Source of the DNA: an uncultured Dehalococcoidia bacterium
GTDB taxonomy: Bacteria > Chloroflexota > Dehalococcoidia > DSTF01 > WHTK01
Length of the DNA: 32,100 nucleotides
Assembly (NCBI GenBank): GCA_964572535.1
Contig: CAZNHI010000002.1
Coordinates: 1-32,100, forward strand
Direction: 5' to 3'
The notes beneath the pieces are model-generated. The model saw only the letters and a list, made by a program, of their open reading frames with translations, searched no databases and was not told the DNA's origin. This document shows, in pieces, positions 1-8,536 of this stretch. Every line of letters begins with the position of its first letter. Positions within the stretch are counted from its first letter, which is position 1. A program made the position numbers and the translations under genes.

Positions 1-801
1 GTCGCCGACCAGGAGCACGCGGCCGCGCACGATCGGTGCGCCCTCGTCGCGCGTCGGGAGGTGGTGGCCGCGTATGTTCAGCATCGGCGCCGATTGCAGT
101 CCGTAGTGATCGCGCAGGGCCGCGAGGTGTGTGCGCAGGCGGCCGCCTTCGGCCTGCCAGCCGCCGCAACCGACGTTGAAGTGGTCTGACTTCGGGAAGG
201 ACCAGCCGTAGCCGCCGGGCATGCTGCCCAGCTCCAGCGCCGCCATGTCGCTCCACTCGTCCGGGATGCGCTCGCCGGCGTAGGGGAGGTTAGCCTCCAG
301 CGCCACCTGTGGGTCCTTTACGGGATGCAGGCCGGCGCTGCGAGCGACGATGCCGTTCGCACCGTCGGCGCCGACCAGAGCGCCCGCCTCGTACGTATCG
401 CCATTGACGGCGATGCGGACCCCGTCCTTCTCCAGCTCAATGCCACGCACGACGCTGCCGCCATGGAACTCGGCGCCTGCCTCGACGGCCTGACTCATCA
501 GATACTCGTCCAGGCGCAGACGCTGGGTCATGTAGACCAGGGGTTGGTGGTATTCGTAGTCGAAGTACTCGCCCAGGCGGTAGCTGAGGCGCACCTTGTG
601 GATCACCTGCTCGACGACAGGCGTGAGGTCAACGGGCGCGCGCTCGAAAGCGCGGGCAGTGACGCCACCGCCGCAGGGCTTCTCGCGCGGGAAGTCTGCG
701 CGGTCGAGCAGCAGGACGCGTGCGCCCGCCTTCGCCAGATGGTAGGCGGTGGTGCTGCCGGATGGTCCGGCGCCGACAATGGCTACGTCGTAGCGGTGCA
801 C
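1..801 (-). CDS. FAD-dependent oxidoreductase, geranylgeranyl-reductase-like (3' end runs off the window)
   Basis: Hand translation of the minus strand from GTG at 801-799 gives VHRYDVAIVGAGPSGSTTAYHLAKAGARVLLLDRADFPREKPCGGGV..., with a GxGxxG dinucleotide-binding motif. The frame stays open to position 1. It is absent from the ORF track because no stop codon lies in the window. The track ORF 325..1128 (+) is mostly its antisense shadow. Confidence 0.7.
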   Translation of the reverse strand, partial: MHRYDVAIVGAGPSGSTTAYHLAKAGARVLLLDRADFPREKPCGGGVTARAFERAPVDLTPVVEQVIHKVRLSYRLGEYFDYEYHQPLVYMTQRLRLDEYLMSQAVEAGAEFHGGSVVRGIELEKDGVRIAVNGDTYEAGALVGADGANGIVARSAGLHPVKDPQVALEANLPYAGERIPDEWSDMAALELGSMPGGYGWSFPKSDHFNVGCGGWQAEGGRLRTHLAALRDHYGLQSAPMLNIRGHHLPTRDEGAPIVRGRVLLVGD

Positions 802-867
802 ACAGCCAGTCTAACAAGGGGCCTGTGCCTGGGCGAGTGGCGCTTGCTGTACATTAGACGGACGAAG

Positions 868-1128
868 ATGAAGACCCACGAGCGTATCGACGTGAACCCA
901 GCGGTCATGCTGGGAAAGCCTGTCGTCAAAGGGACGAGGATCACCGTTGAGATGATCCTAAGACGGCTCAGCGAGGGCGCCGGCGAGCAAGATATTTTGG
1001 CGGCCTACCCTCATCTAACCGCGGAGGACGTGCGCGCGGCAGTTGGGTACGCGGCGGACGTAGTAGCTCGTGAAGAACTCGTCACTTCCACTACCGCCGA
1101 AACCCCCTTTGCCCGCGTGCCCGCCTGA
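868..1128 (+). CDS. DUF433-family small protein (antitoxin-like HTH)
   Basis: Internal ATG at 868 of track ORF 325..1128. The product MKTHERIDVNPAVMLGKPVVKGTRITVEMILRRLSEG...DILAAYPHLTAEDVRAAVGYA matches the DUF433 pattern. Confidence 0.75.
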   Translation: MKTHERIDVNPAVMLGKPVVKGTRITVEMILRRLSEGAGEQDILAAYPHLTAEDVRAAVGYAADVVAREELVTSTTAETPFARVPA

Positions 1129-2034
1129 CTACTCAGCCACTGCCACGATGACGGCGATCAGCAGCATGACCTGCACCGCGATCCCCGCGAGCAGCAGCAC
1201 GTAGCCGACCATGCGCTCCCAGCTGTGCAGGAGGATCGCCAGCAGCAGGTCGACGGCCAGAAAGCCGAAGGCGGAGCGCGGGATGTCCAGTAGCTCCGAC
1301 TTGTCAGAGACCCGCACGACGCCGCCTAGCGAGGGGAAGCGCAGCGGCACGCTCTGACTCAGGTCCGGGTAGGTGTTCAGCACGTAGCCCAACACCGCGC
1401 CGAACGCCGCAATCATCACCAGCGCGAGGAACTGGGCGCTGCGGTCCAGCCAGAAAGTCTGCGACGCGATACCCCAGCGGTGCACCCCCTGCCTCTGCTC
1501 GAACAGCGGCCCGCGGGACTGGTTGGACTGGACCGTCTGCGCGAAGAACACCGGGTCCGGCACCGAGATGCCATAGATCTCGGTCGGTGTCTGGACGTAG
1601 AGCACCTCACCCGGCGAACGATGGGCCGAGTAGAACAGCACGTCGCCTACGTCGTCGACGTGGGCGCTACCGATGTGGTGGCCCACCCAGTTGATGCCCT
1701 CGATTTGCGGGTTGTCGTCTTCCTCTCCCGGCACCAGCCGCTCGATGTTGGCGAGTGGCACGATCTGGTGCACGCCGCCCCAGCGTATGTCGAGCGCGTT
1801 GCGGTCGACGACGTAGCGCAGCGAGGTGCAACTCCAGGTCCAGTAGGCGTAGAGGGCGCAAAGGCAGAGGAAGAAGCCGCCCGCGAAGAGCACCGGCAGC
1901 TGCCCCAGGCCGACCTCCAGGCTCAGGCCACGGTAGATCAGCCCGGCGCCCAGCAAGAACGAGACGGCGACAATGGCGCCGCCGTAGAGGCTGCCGACGG
2001 CGTTCCCAGGACGAAATACGGTGAAGGACGGCAT
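1129..2034 (-). CDS. integral membrane protein with a bacterial PH (bPH_2-like) domain
   Basis: 301-aa ORF with hydrophobic helices at both ends. The central segment RYVVDRNALDIRWGGVHQIVPLANIERL resembles bPH_2 domains. High GC3 like the neighbouring genes. Confidence 0.6.
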   Translation of the reverse strand: MPSFTVFRPGNAVGSLYGGAIVAVSFLLGAGLIYRGLSLEVGLGQLPVLFAGGFFLCLCALYAYWTWSCTSLRYVVDRNALDIRWGGVHQIVPLANIERLVPGEEDDNPQIEGINWVGHHIGSAHVDDVGDVLFYSAHRSPGEVLYVQTPTEIYGISVPDPVFFAQTVQSNQSRGPLFEQRQGVHRWGIASQTFWLDRSAQFLALVMIAAFGAVLGYVLNTYPDLSQSVPLRFPSLGGVVRVSDKSELLDIPRSAFGFLAVDLLLAILLHSWERMVGYVLLLAGIAVQVMLLIAVIVAVAE

Positions 2035-2092
2035 GCCTGCGAGCTACCCTAATCGGCCTGCGCGGGGTCTTGCGACGGCGCAGCCGCGGTCA

Positions 2093-3034
2093 CTACGGCG
2101 CTACCGGCTGACGCAACGGCACGGCCGTGCACCAGGAGCGGTATTTCGCGTTGCGGCCGTAGATGATGTCGAAGTAGAGGCCCTGCAGCTGCTTCGTGAT
2201 CGGCCCGGGGTCTCCGTTGGCCACGGGGCGGCGGTCGACCTCGAGGATCGGCGTCACATGCGCCGCTGTGCCGGTCATGAACACCTCGTCCGCCACGTAC
2301 AGCTCCGAGCGGTCGATGGTGCGCGACTCTGTCTCGACGCCCAGCTCGGTCGCAGCCAGCTCGATCACGGTGTTCAGGGTCAGGCCCTCGAGCACGTTGT
2401 CCGAGCGCGCGGGCGTAACGATCTTGCCGTTGCGGACGAGGGCGATGTTCTCGCCGCTGCCCTCGGCGACGTGGCCGTCCTGGTTGAGCAGGATCGCCTC
2501 ATCGAAGCCGTTCTGCATCGCCTCGGTCTTGGCCAGAGCCGAGTTCAAGTAACCTGCTGTGGTCTTGGCGCGCGCCGGGATGGACGTATCTTCGATGCGG
2601 CGCCAGGTCGACGTCTGGACACGCGCGCCGGCGTCAATGTCCAGGTAGGGGCCGAAGGGCGCGACGAAGATCAGCAGGTCGTCCTCAAGGTCGTGCACGC
2701 GCACGCCGATGGCCTCTGAGCTCTTGTAGGCCAGCGGTCGCACGTATTGGTCCTCGCGGATGCTCGACTTCTCGACGATCTGCGTGATCATCTCCTTGAT
2801 CTCCGCGTCGGTCTCAGAGATGTCGATGCGGCAGATCTTGGCGCTCATGCGCAGGCGCTTGAGGTGCTCATCCACTTTGAACAGGAAGACGGTCTGCTCT
2901 TCTGCGTTCCAGTTGCCGCGAATGCCCTCGAAGACGCCGGTGCCGTAGTTAAACGCGTGCGTCATGATGCCGATTTTGGCGTCGGCCAGCGGCACGATGC
3001 GCTTGTGGAAATAGGCGTACGGCGTAGAAGGCAT
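2093..3034 (-). CDS. ilvE: branched-chain amino acid aminotransferase
   Basis: Class IV aminotransferase signatures FEGIRG and AEGSGENIALV. Start moved to ATG at 3034 (MPSTPYAYFHK), which has GGAGG 10 nt upstream. Confidence 0.9.
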   Translation of the reverse strand: MPSTPYAYFHKRIVPLADAKIGIMTHAFNYGTGVFEGIRGNWNAEEQTVFLFKVDEHLKRLRMSAKICRIDISETDAEIKEMITQIVEKSSIREDQYVRPLAYKSSEAIGVRVHDLEDDLLIFVAPFGPYLDIDAGARVQTSTWRRIEDTSIPARAKTTAGYLNSALAKTEAMQNGFDEAILLNQDGHVAEGSGENIALVRNGKIVTPARSDNVLEGLTLNTVIELAATELGVETESRTIDRSELYVADEVFMTGTAAHVTPILEVDRRPVANGDPGPITKQLQGLYFDIIYGRNAKYRSWCTAVPLRQPVAP

Positions 3035-3127
3035 GCAGCAGGAACCTCCGCTTTCGGGGGGTAATTCAGGTTTGCAGATTATAGGCCCCGCCAAGAGGGA
3101 GCGGCAAGCTAAGCAGGACTGCGACCG

Positions 3128-4234
3128 TCAGCCGTCCTGGCCAAGAAGACGAGGCTGTTCGGACGGTCCCGCGGTAGCCGCCTGCTTCCGGTCCACGATT
3201 CGGTAAACTCGGCCGCGAGTCCTGCCTTCCGCCTCCAACCATCCCTTGGCCACAAGGTCGGCCAGATCCCTTGATGCGGTCACTGGCGACGTCCTGTTGA
3301 TTTCGAGGTAGTCGGACCGCGTCAATCTGCCTGACCTCAGCGCGTAAGCCAATGCATCCACCTGACGGTGATTGATGTCCATGGAGCCCGCAGCTGCATG
3401 CACCTGCTCCAGGCTGCGGTGCCAGTCTGTCAACCGCTGAGTCAGTTGAATGCTGTGAGCCATGAGCGCCGCGACGAAAAACTCCACGAAAGGCATCGCG
3501 TCGTAGTCAGAGCTGAAGGCCCGCCCGAGCGACCTCTCGAGCGCCGTGAAGTACTCGTCCCTGGTCTGCGCCAGAAACTGCTCCAGAGACAGCAGCTTCC
3601 TGAACGAGTAGCGCTCGGCTCTCTGCAAGACCAGCGTCGCAATTGCCCGGCCCGTACGGCCATTCCCGTCCCAGAAGGGATGTATGGCGACAAAGTGAAG
3701 GTGCGCGAGCGCTGCCCTGATCACGGCGTCGATCTCGTCGTCGGCGTTTAGCCAGACGACGAAGTCCTTCATCAGGGCCGGCACGTCACCCTGATCCGGC
3801 GGGTCGTAGCGCGCGCCCACGCGGTTCTGGCCCCTACGGTAGACACCCGGCGTCAGTGCCTCAGACGATCCGAGCAGGAACTGGCGATTGAGCTCGCGAA
3901 TAACCAGCTCGTCGATGGGGATGTCGTCCTGCCCGCTGAGATAGTCCACGAAGTCGTAGGCTGCAATCGCGTTCAGGTTCGCCTGCTCGTCGGGAGTCAG
4001 TTTCCCTCCCTGGTTCGCGTTGACAAGGTCGCTGACTTCCGCTTCGCTGAGGGAGGAGCCTTCGATTTGAGTCGTCGCGGCAGCCCGGGCGATCTGCACG
4101 TCGCGCTTGAGCCACAGCTCATGCTTCGGCATCAGCAGCATCCGCTCTACCAGCCAGGCATTGTTGCTGATGCCCCGCAGAACGTTCTCAACCTGGGATT
4201 GATCGAATCGCGGCTGAAAGATAGTATCAGTCAT
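3128..4234 (-). CDS. Fic family protein (N-terminal inhibitory helix, Fic core, C-terminal winged HTH)
   Basis: Canonical Fic motif HPFWDGNGRTGR. N-terminal TTQIEG fits the [ST]xxxE[GN] inhibitory motif. The C-terminal DLADLVAKGWLEAEGRTRGRVY looks like a wHTH. Confidence 0.9.
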   Translation of the reverse strand: MTDTIFQPRFDQSQVENVLRGISNNAWLVERMLLMPKHELWLKRDVQIARAAATTQIEGSSLSEAEVSDLVNANQGGKLTPDEQANLNAIAAYDFVDYLSGQDDIPIDELVIRELNRQFLLGSSEALTPGVYRRGQNRVGARYDPPDQGDVPALMKDFVVWLNADDEIDAVIRAALAHLHFVAIHPFWDGNGRTGRAIATLVLQRAERYSFRKLLSLEQFLAQTRDEYFTALERSLGRAFSSDYDAMPFVEFFVAALMAHSIQLTQRLTDWHRSLEQVHAAAGSMDINHRQVDALAYALRSGRLTRSDYLEINRTSPVTASRDLADLVAKGWLEAEGRTRGRVYRIVDRKQAATAGPSEQPRLLGQDG

Positions 4235-4359
4235 GTCAGTTTATCCAAATTATTCACATCTTTATGACATAATTGATACTATCAAGCGTCCATCAACGTG
4301 TCAATCCTACTTACTCCACTGGCTCGGCCCCAGCACAGGTCTGCGCTATCATCCTCCCG

Positions 4360-5220
4360 ATGCCCGCAAAGCACCGCCTCGGCAACCTCGACCTCGCCAT
4401 CCTCTCGGACGGTCTGTTTCACATGGACGCCGGCGCGACGTTCGGCATCGTGCCGCGCGTCATGTGGGAGCCCTTCGCGGGGCAGATGGACAACCGCCAC
4501 CGGCTGTCGCTGGCGCTGAACTCGCTGCTATTGCGCTCCCAGGGCAAGCTGATCCTGATCGAGACCGGTGTCGGCGACAAGGCGGGCGGCTGGCGGCGGC
4601 AGTCGAGCCCGGTCGCGGACGGCACGCTGCTCTCCGACCTCGACAAGCTAGGCGTGCGGCCGGAAGAGATCGACGTCGTGATCAACACCCACCTGCACGC
4701 CGACCATTGCGGCTGGAACACGCGCTTCGAGGGCGAGGCTCTCGTCCCTACCTTCGCCAACGCCGAGTACCTGATTAGCCGCGACGAGTGGCAGGCGGCG
4801 ATCGCGCCCAACGAGCGCACGCGCGCCACTTACCTGGAGGAGAACGTGCTGCCGCTGGAGCAGCACGGCCGCCTCAACCTGGTCGACGGCGAGCACAGGC
4901 TGACGGACGAGGTGACGATCGTGCCGGCGCCGGGGCATTCGCCGGGACACGCGCACGTCGTGCTATCGTCCGGCGGCGAGACCGGCATCTACACCGGTGA
5001 TATCGCGCAAGTGGCAGTGCAGCTGGAGCGCACAGCCTGGGTCTCGGCCTTCGACATCCTGCCCCTGGTGACGATGCAGACCAAGAAGGCGATGGTGGAG
5101 AAAGCGATCGCCGAGGCTTCGCTGATCATCGCGGCGCACCTGCCGTTTCCGGGCATGGGGCGCATGACCCGCAACGAGCAGGGCCAGCGGAAGTGGCAAC
5201 CGGTGCCGCCGTCTGGCTAG
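4360..5220 (+). CDS. MBL-fold metallo-hydrolase
   Basis: HxHxDH motif (NTHLHADHCG) and a downstream PGHSPGH. Start placed at internal ATG 4360 (MPAKHRLGN); the upstream extension looks non-coding. No clear SD, so the start is uncertain. Confidence 0.8.
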   Translation: MPAKHRLGNLDLAILSDGLFHMDAGATFGIVPRVMWEPFAGQMDNRHRLSLALNSLLLRSQGKLILIETGVGDKAGGWRRQSSPVADGTLLSDLDKLGVRPEEIDVVINTHLHADHCGWNTRFEGEALVPTFANAEYLISRDEWQAAIAPNERTRATYLEENVLPLEQHGRLNLVDGEHRLTDEVTIVPAPGHSPGHAHVVLSSGGETGIYTGDIAQVAVQLERTAWVSAFDILPLVTMQTKKAMVEKAIAEASLIIAAHLPFPGMGRMTRNEQGQRKWQPVPPSG

Positions 5221-5328
5221 CTACCGGCCGACCAGACAGCGGTGCTGCGGCGTTCAGTCGTGGTACTGTTGTGGAACCCCTCGCCGTTTTGCGGAATAGG
5301 ATGTAACAATGTTGAGGAGGTGCCGCCT

Positions 5329-5916
5329 ATGATGCCACCTGGCTTTGACGGCCAGCCCGAAAGGCCACCGTCGCCGCTCGAGTTCCGCCGGCGCGAGTCC
5401 GAGCGGACTATCTACACCGAAAAGAAGCTCGGCGATGAGTGGATCGCGCACTGGACGACCGGCGAGCTGCCGGAAGACGCCAGCGTCGCGCACGTGACGG
5501 TCCTCCCCTACCGCGGCGAACGCGGCGTGGTGCCGTGGAAAGACGGCCGCCTCTCGCTACCCGAAGGCGACGTGCAGGCAGGCGAGAACGCCGAGGGCGC
5601 GATCCGGCGTCTGCTCCTGGAGCAGGTCGGCATCCAGGACCCGGCGATCACCCACCTGGGTCACTTCGTGCTCAATGCGACCACCCTGAACAAGAAGCTG
5701 CAGGCCGGTACCACGGTCCACGACGCCTTCTACGTCGCCGAAGTGGGCTCGCTGGCCGACAACCCGGGGGACGAGAGCTACCAGCGGCGCTTCGTGCTGC
5801 AGCGCGAGCTGAACGAGATCCTGCGCGGCCACTACATCGAGCGCCGCCGTGAGTACACGGACGCGCTGGACCGCTGGCTGCTGCAGCGCCTGAAAGCCGC
5901 CCGTGTAGACAGCTAA
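5329..5916 (+). CDS. Nudix-fold protein with a degenerate Nudix box
   Basis: ATG at 5329 follows GAGGAGG. GDVQAGENAEGAIRRLLLEQVGI fits GX5EX7-R-x-U-x-E-x-x-G-U, but REUxEE is replaced by RLLLEQ. Confidence 0.5.
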   Translation: MMPPGFDGQPERPPSPLEFRRRESERTIYTEKKLGDEWIAHWTTGELPEDASVAHVTVLPYRGERGVVPWKDGRLSLPEGDVQAGENAEGAIRRLLLEQVGIQDPAITHLGHFVLNATTLNKKLQAGTTVHDAFYVAEVGSLADNPGDESYQRRFVLQRELNEILRGHYIERRREYTDALDRWLLQRLKAARVDS

Positions 5917-5972
5917 AGAGGGTCTTTCGCACTAAGAGCCCTGTCTTTCAGCCCTAAGAACCCTGCAGGTCA

Positions 5973-5998
5973 GGTTGAACAACAGGGTTGAACAACAG
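5973..5998. repeat. 13-bp tandem duplication GGTTGAACAACAG x2 in a convergent intergenic region
   Basis: Read directly. A third partial copy, GGTTGAAAC, lies inside the adjacent hairpin. The 12-mers CTAAGAGCCCTG (5932-5943) and CTAAGAACCCTG (5954-5965) lie just upstream. Confidence 0.85.
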
Positions 5999-6000
5999 AT

Positions 6001-6020
6001 CTGAGGGTTGAAACCCTCAG
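6001..6020. terminator. stem-loop CTGAGGGT-tgaa-ACCCTCAG between convergent genes
   Basis: Perfect 8-9 bp inverted repeat read from the sequence. There is no flanking T-tract, so terminator function is uncertain. Confidence 0.3.
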
Positions 6021-6036
6021 CTCGCGGCCCTTGGGT

Positions 6037-6486
6037 CTAGTCCAGCAGGTCGCGCACGGCTGCCACCACCGCCTCCGGCGTTTCGCGAGGCAGGAAATGC
6101 CCCGCACGCGGCACGATGCGCCGTTCGTAGCGCCCCGTGAAGTGCCGAGCGTGGCGATCATTCGCATCCGGGGCGCCGAGACCGTCTGATTCACCTACCA
6201 GCGAAATCGTGGGCACCGTGATCTGCGGCTGAAGCGCCAATAGCGCCTCGATGGGCTCCAGCGCCGGGTCGCCGGGCGCGGCGCGATGCCGGTGACGGTA
6301 GGACTGGATGACGACGTCCACGAAGTCGGGGTTGTCGAAGCTCTGGGCCGTCTGCTCGAACGTCGCCTCATCGAAGTCGTAGTTGGGCGACCAGAGGCGC
6401 CAGAGCAGGCGGCAGACGTCGCGCCGGTCCTGCTCCAGGCCGTTGCGGCCCCGCTCAGTGTGGAAGTACCACTGGTACCAGAACCG
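6037..6486 (-). pseudogene. alpha/beta hydrolase (epoxide-hydrolase-like), C-terminal half only
   Basis: Hand translation: (stop at 6540-6538) QASTRDTSHASGSAGGN-RFWYQWYFHTERGRNGLEQDRRDVCRLLWRLWSPNYDFDEATFEQTAQSFDNPDFVDVVIQSYRH...AGHFLPRETPEAVVAAVRDLLD. It has the catalytic-His region but no HGxP or nucleophile elbow. It is in frame with track ORF 6037..6321. Confidence 0.8.
6478..6486. repeat. left copy of the 9-bp direct repeat CCAGAACCG (insertion junction)
   Basis: Identical 9-mer at 30446-30454. On the minus strand both copies encode R-F-W in the hydrolase frame. Confidence 0.85.
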
Positions 6487-6970
6487 GTTGCCTCCGGCAC
6501 TCCCGCTTGCGTGGGAGGTGTCTCGTGTCGAAGCTTGCTAGCGTTGTGGCTCTGGTGCTCTTGGCTGTCCTGTTCCGCCTCGGCCCGGTCCCGCACCAAG
6601 TCACTCCCGACCAGGGCAGCCAGCCGGGCCGCGTGGGACCGGGGCCGGCAACAGTTAACTCCTCGTTGGGGCGGTCTCGTATTGGCTCACCTGGCGCCAC
6701 CGCAGTATCTGCCTGCTCCGCGAGCGGGTGGAGCATGGCCAATCAAACTGCGATCTGAAGATGCCCGACGGCAGCTGTCGCTCCCATCGTTTGGGATCTT
6801 GGACAGCAGAGAGTCGGGAGAACGAGACCAACATGACCAGGGCTTTGTTCCGGCTTCAAAGAGCCGTCTTTCGGAGTTCGCCGCGAGTAACCTACACGTA
6901 AGGGGGCATCTCACGATGCCGTCATAGTGTCTCGGTCAGAGATTCTGTAATCTGTAAGTGGATGTGGCTT

Positions 6971-8077
6971 CTAGGGTTGTCCCATGATGACGGCCAGGTT
7001 GGCCGCACTCTCAAGAGGCAAAGGCGGCTGGCTGAAATCGACCTTGACCAGGGTTCGGGTCGCGGCGATGCGACGGTACGCGGCAACGTAGTCGTCCGTC
7101 ATGCGGCCGATGCTGAACCGCTCAACAACCTCCTGGCGGCAGGCCTGTGGACTGATCTGACCGATTCGTGCGACCGCGTCCACCATGCCTTCTACGTTAT
7201 CCACGATGAAGCCGGTCTCCCCGTGGCGGATCAATTCGGGGGCTGAGCCTTTGCGCATCGCGATCACTGGCGTGCCGCAAGCCAGTGCCTCCGCCATGAA
7301 GAGTCCAAAAGGCTCGTCCCAGGTCAGCGGCGCCAGCAGGCAGCTCGCGCTGGAGAACAGCCGGCGTTTGACCTCGTAGTCCGCCTCGCCCACGTATTGC
7401 ACGAGCCCGCCATCGATGGCCGGCTCGACCTGTGTCCTGAAGTAGGGTTCGTCCACTGCGTCGACGTTACCGGCGATGATCAGGGGGCGGCCCAGCCGCT
7501 TTGCCACTTCGATAGCGAGGTGAGGCCCCTTCTCCGCGCTGATCCGGCTGAGGAAGAGCAGCGAGCCGTCCCGTGCGCCTGGATTGAATGGGTAGCTCTC
7601 GTAATCGATACTGTTGTAGATCACGCCGGCAAAGTCGCCCTTATCCGGCAGAAGCGACTTGGCGGATTGGCTGATCGTGTTGTACCAGCCTTTGTAGCGC
7701 TCGAACAGCAGCAGCCAGTCTCCCTGCATACCGCCGTGGAGCGTGGTGAGCACAGGCGTGTCGACGAGCCCCGCCGTCGCCATGCCCTCGATGCCGGTGT
7801 GATTGTGGATCACGTCGAATTCGTCGGCTCGCTCCAGGCAGGAGACGACGTTGAGCATCGTAAAGATGCCTGCCTGGCGGCCGCTGCCGCGCAGGAAGTG
7901 CGGCGATCCTGGGACGAGGGTGGCGGTCGTCAGCGAGTCGCCGCTCGCGAAAAGCGTTACGTCATGGCCACGCCTGACCAACTCTTCGGTGAGCAGGCTC
8001 ACTACCAGTTCAGTGCCACCATACGCTGCGGGAGGTACACGAATCTCCAGGGGCGCGATCATTCCGATGCGCATCAT
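6971..8077 (-). CDS. glycosyltransferase family 4 (GT-B, GT1/GT4-like)
   Basis: N-terminal MRIGMIAP...PPAAYGGTELVV and C-terminal EPFGLFMAEALACGTPVIA (E-x7-E). The track start at 8083 is a GTG; the ATG at 8077 or 8074 is more likely. Confidence 0.85.
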   Translation of the reverse strand: MMRIGMIAPLEIRVPPAAYGGTELVVSLLTEELVRRGHDVTLFASGDSLTTATLVPGSPHFLRGSGRQAGIFTMLNVVSCLERADEFDVIHNHTGIEGMATAGLVDTPVLTTLHGGMQGDWLLLFERYKGWYNTISQSAKSLLPDKGDFAGVIYNSIDYESYPFNPGARDGSLLFLSRISAEKGPHLAIEVAKRLGRPLIIAGNVDAVDEPYFRTQVEPAIDGGLVQYVGEADYEVKRRLFSSASCLLAPLTWDEPFGLFMAEALACGTPVIAMRKGSAPELIRHGETGFIVDNVEGMVDAVARIGQISPQACRQEVVERFSIGRMTDDYVAAYRRIAATRTLVKVDFSQPPLPLESAANLAVIMGQP

Positions 8078-8125
8078 CCGCACCGGCGGAACAGGCTACG
8101 TCTCTTTGGGGTTAGCATTATTTGC

Positions 8126-8309
8126 CTATCCTTCATCATGGAGAAGTCGCCGAATCTCGGTCTCCGCCTCACCCGTCTTCGCCTTGCCGATTCCAACGAG
8201 GCGATCCAAGTTGCCTGCGACGCGTTCCAGGTCATCGTCAGTCAACGTCCCCCACATGCTTTTCAGGCGGCCTCCAAACTCCTACAGTTTGCCCTCGGTC
8301 TGCCTCCAT
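8126..8309 (-). pseudogene. CsbD-like small stress protein, apparently frameshifted
   Basis: Hand translation 8257->8126: MWGTLTDDDLERVAGNLDRLVGIGKAKTGEAETEIRRLLHDEG*, which is CsbD-like (WGxLTDDDL). The expected N-terminus MEADRGQTVG (ATG 8309) is in another frame, and an in-frame TAG lies 8 codons upstream of the MWG start. Too short for the ORF track. Confidence 0.4.
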
Positions 8310-8536
8310 GCCGAATTCCCCCCTCACCGGTGTATCTCTACCGGTTTACTCGCGTTCCAATGACCGTTTGGTGTGCCTTCGAGGCTGATACGAACAACCT
8401 ACGGAGGACGCAGGAAAGGCGGCATCAAGTCCTAGCCACTCGGCGTCAAAGAAGTATCAATTTGAAGCTTGCTGTTGTCCGTGGCAGCTGGCGGTCAGAC
8501 GCTCCGACTGTCAGGAGTGTCGACTCTGGTTGTGTG

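Noticed and set aside
325-867. N-terminal 181 codons of track ORF 325..1128.
   Set aside because: This part is the antisense of the geranylgeranyl-reductase-like gene (1..801, minus). Only the last 87 codons, from ATG 868, look like a real (DUF433) protein.
5973-5998. Possible CRISPR or other repeat array.
   Set aside because: There are only two abutting 13-bp copies with no spacers. No other regularly spaced repeats were seen in the window.
6455-6742. Idea that circularising the island would create a junction-spanning ORF (minus-frame ORF 6455..6742 continuing into the right end).
   Set aside because: The product is Arg/Pro/Gly-rich and not protein-like. After correcting the right-end sequence, the frames no longer connect.
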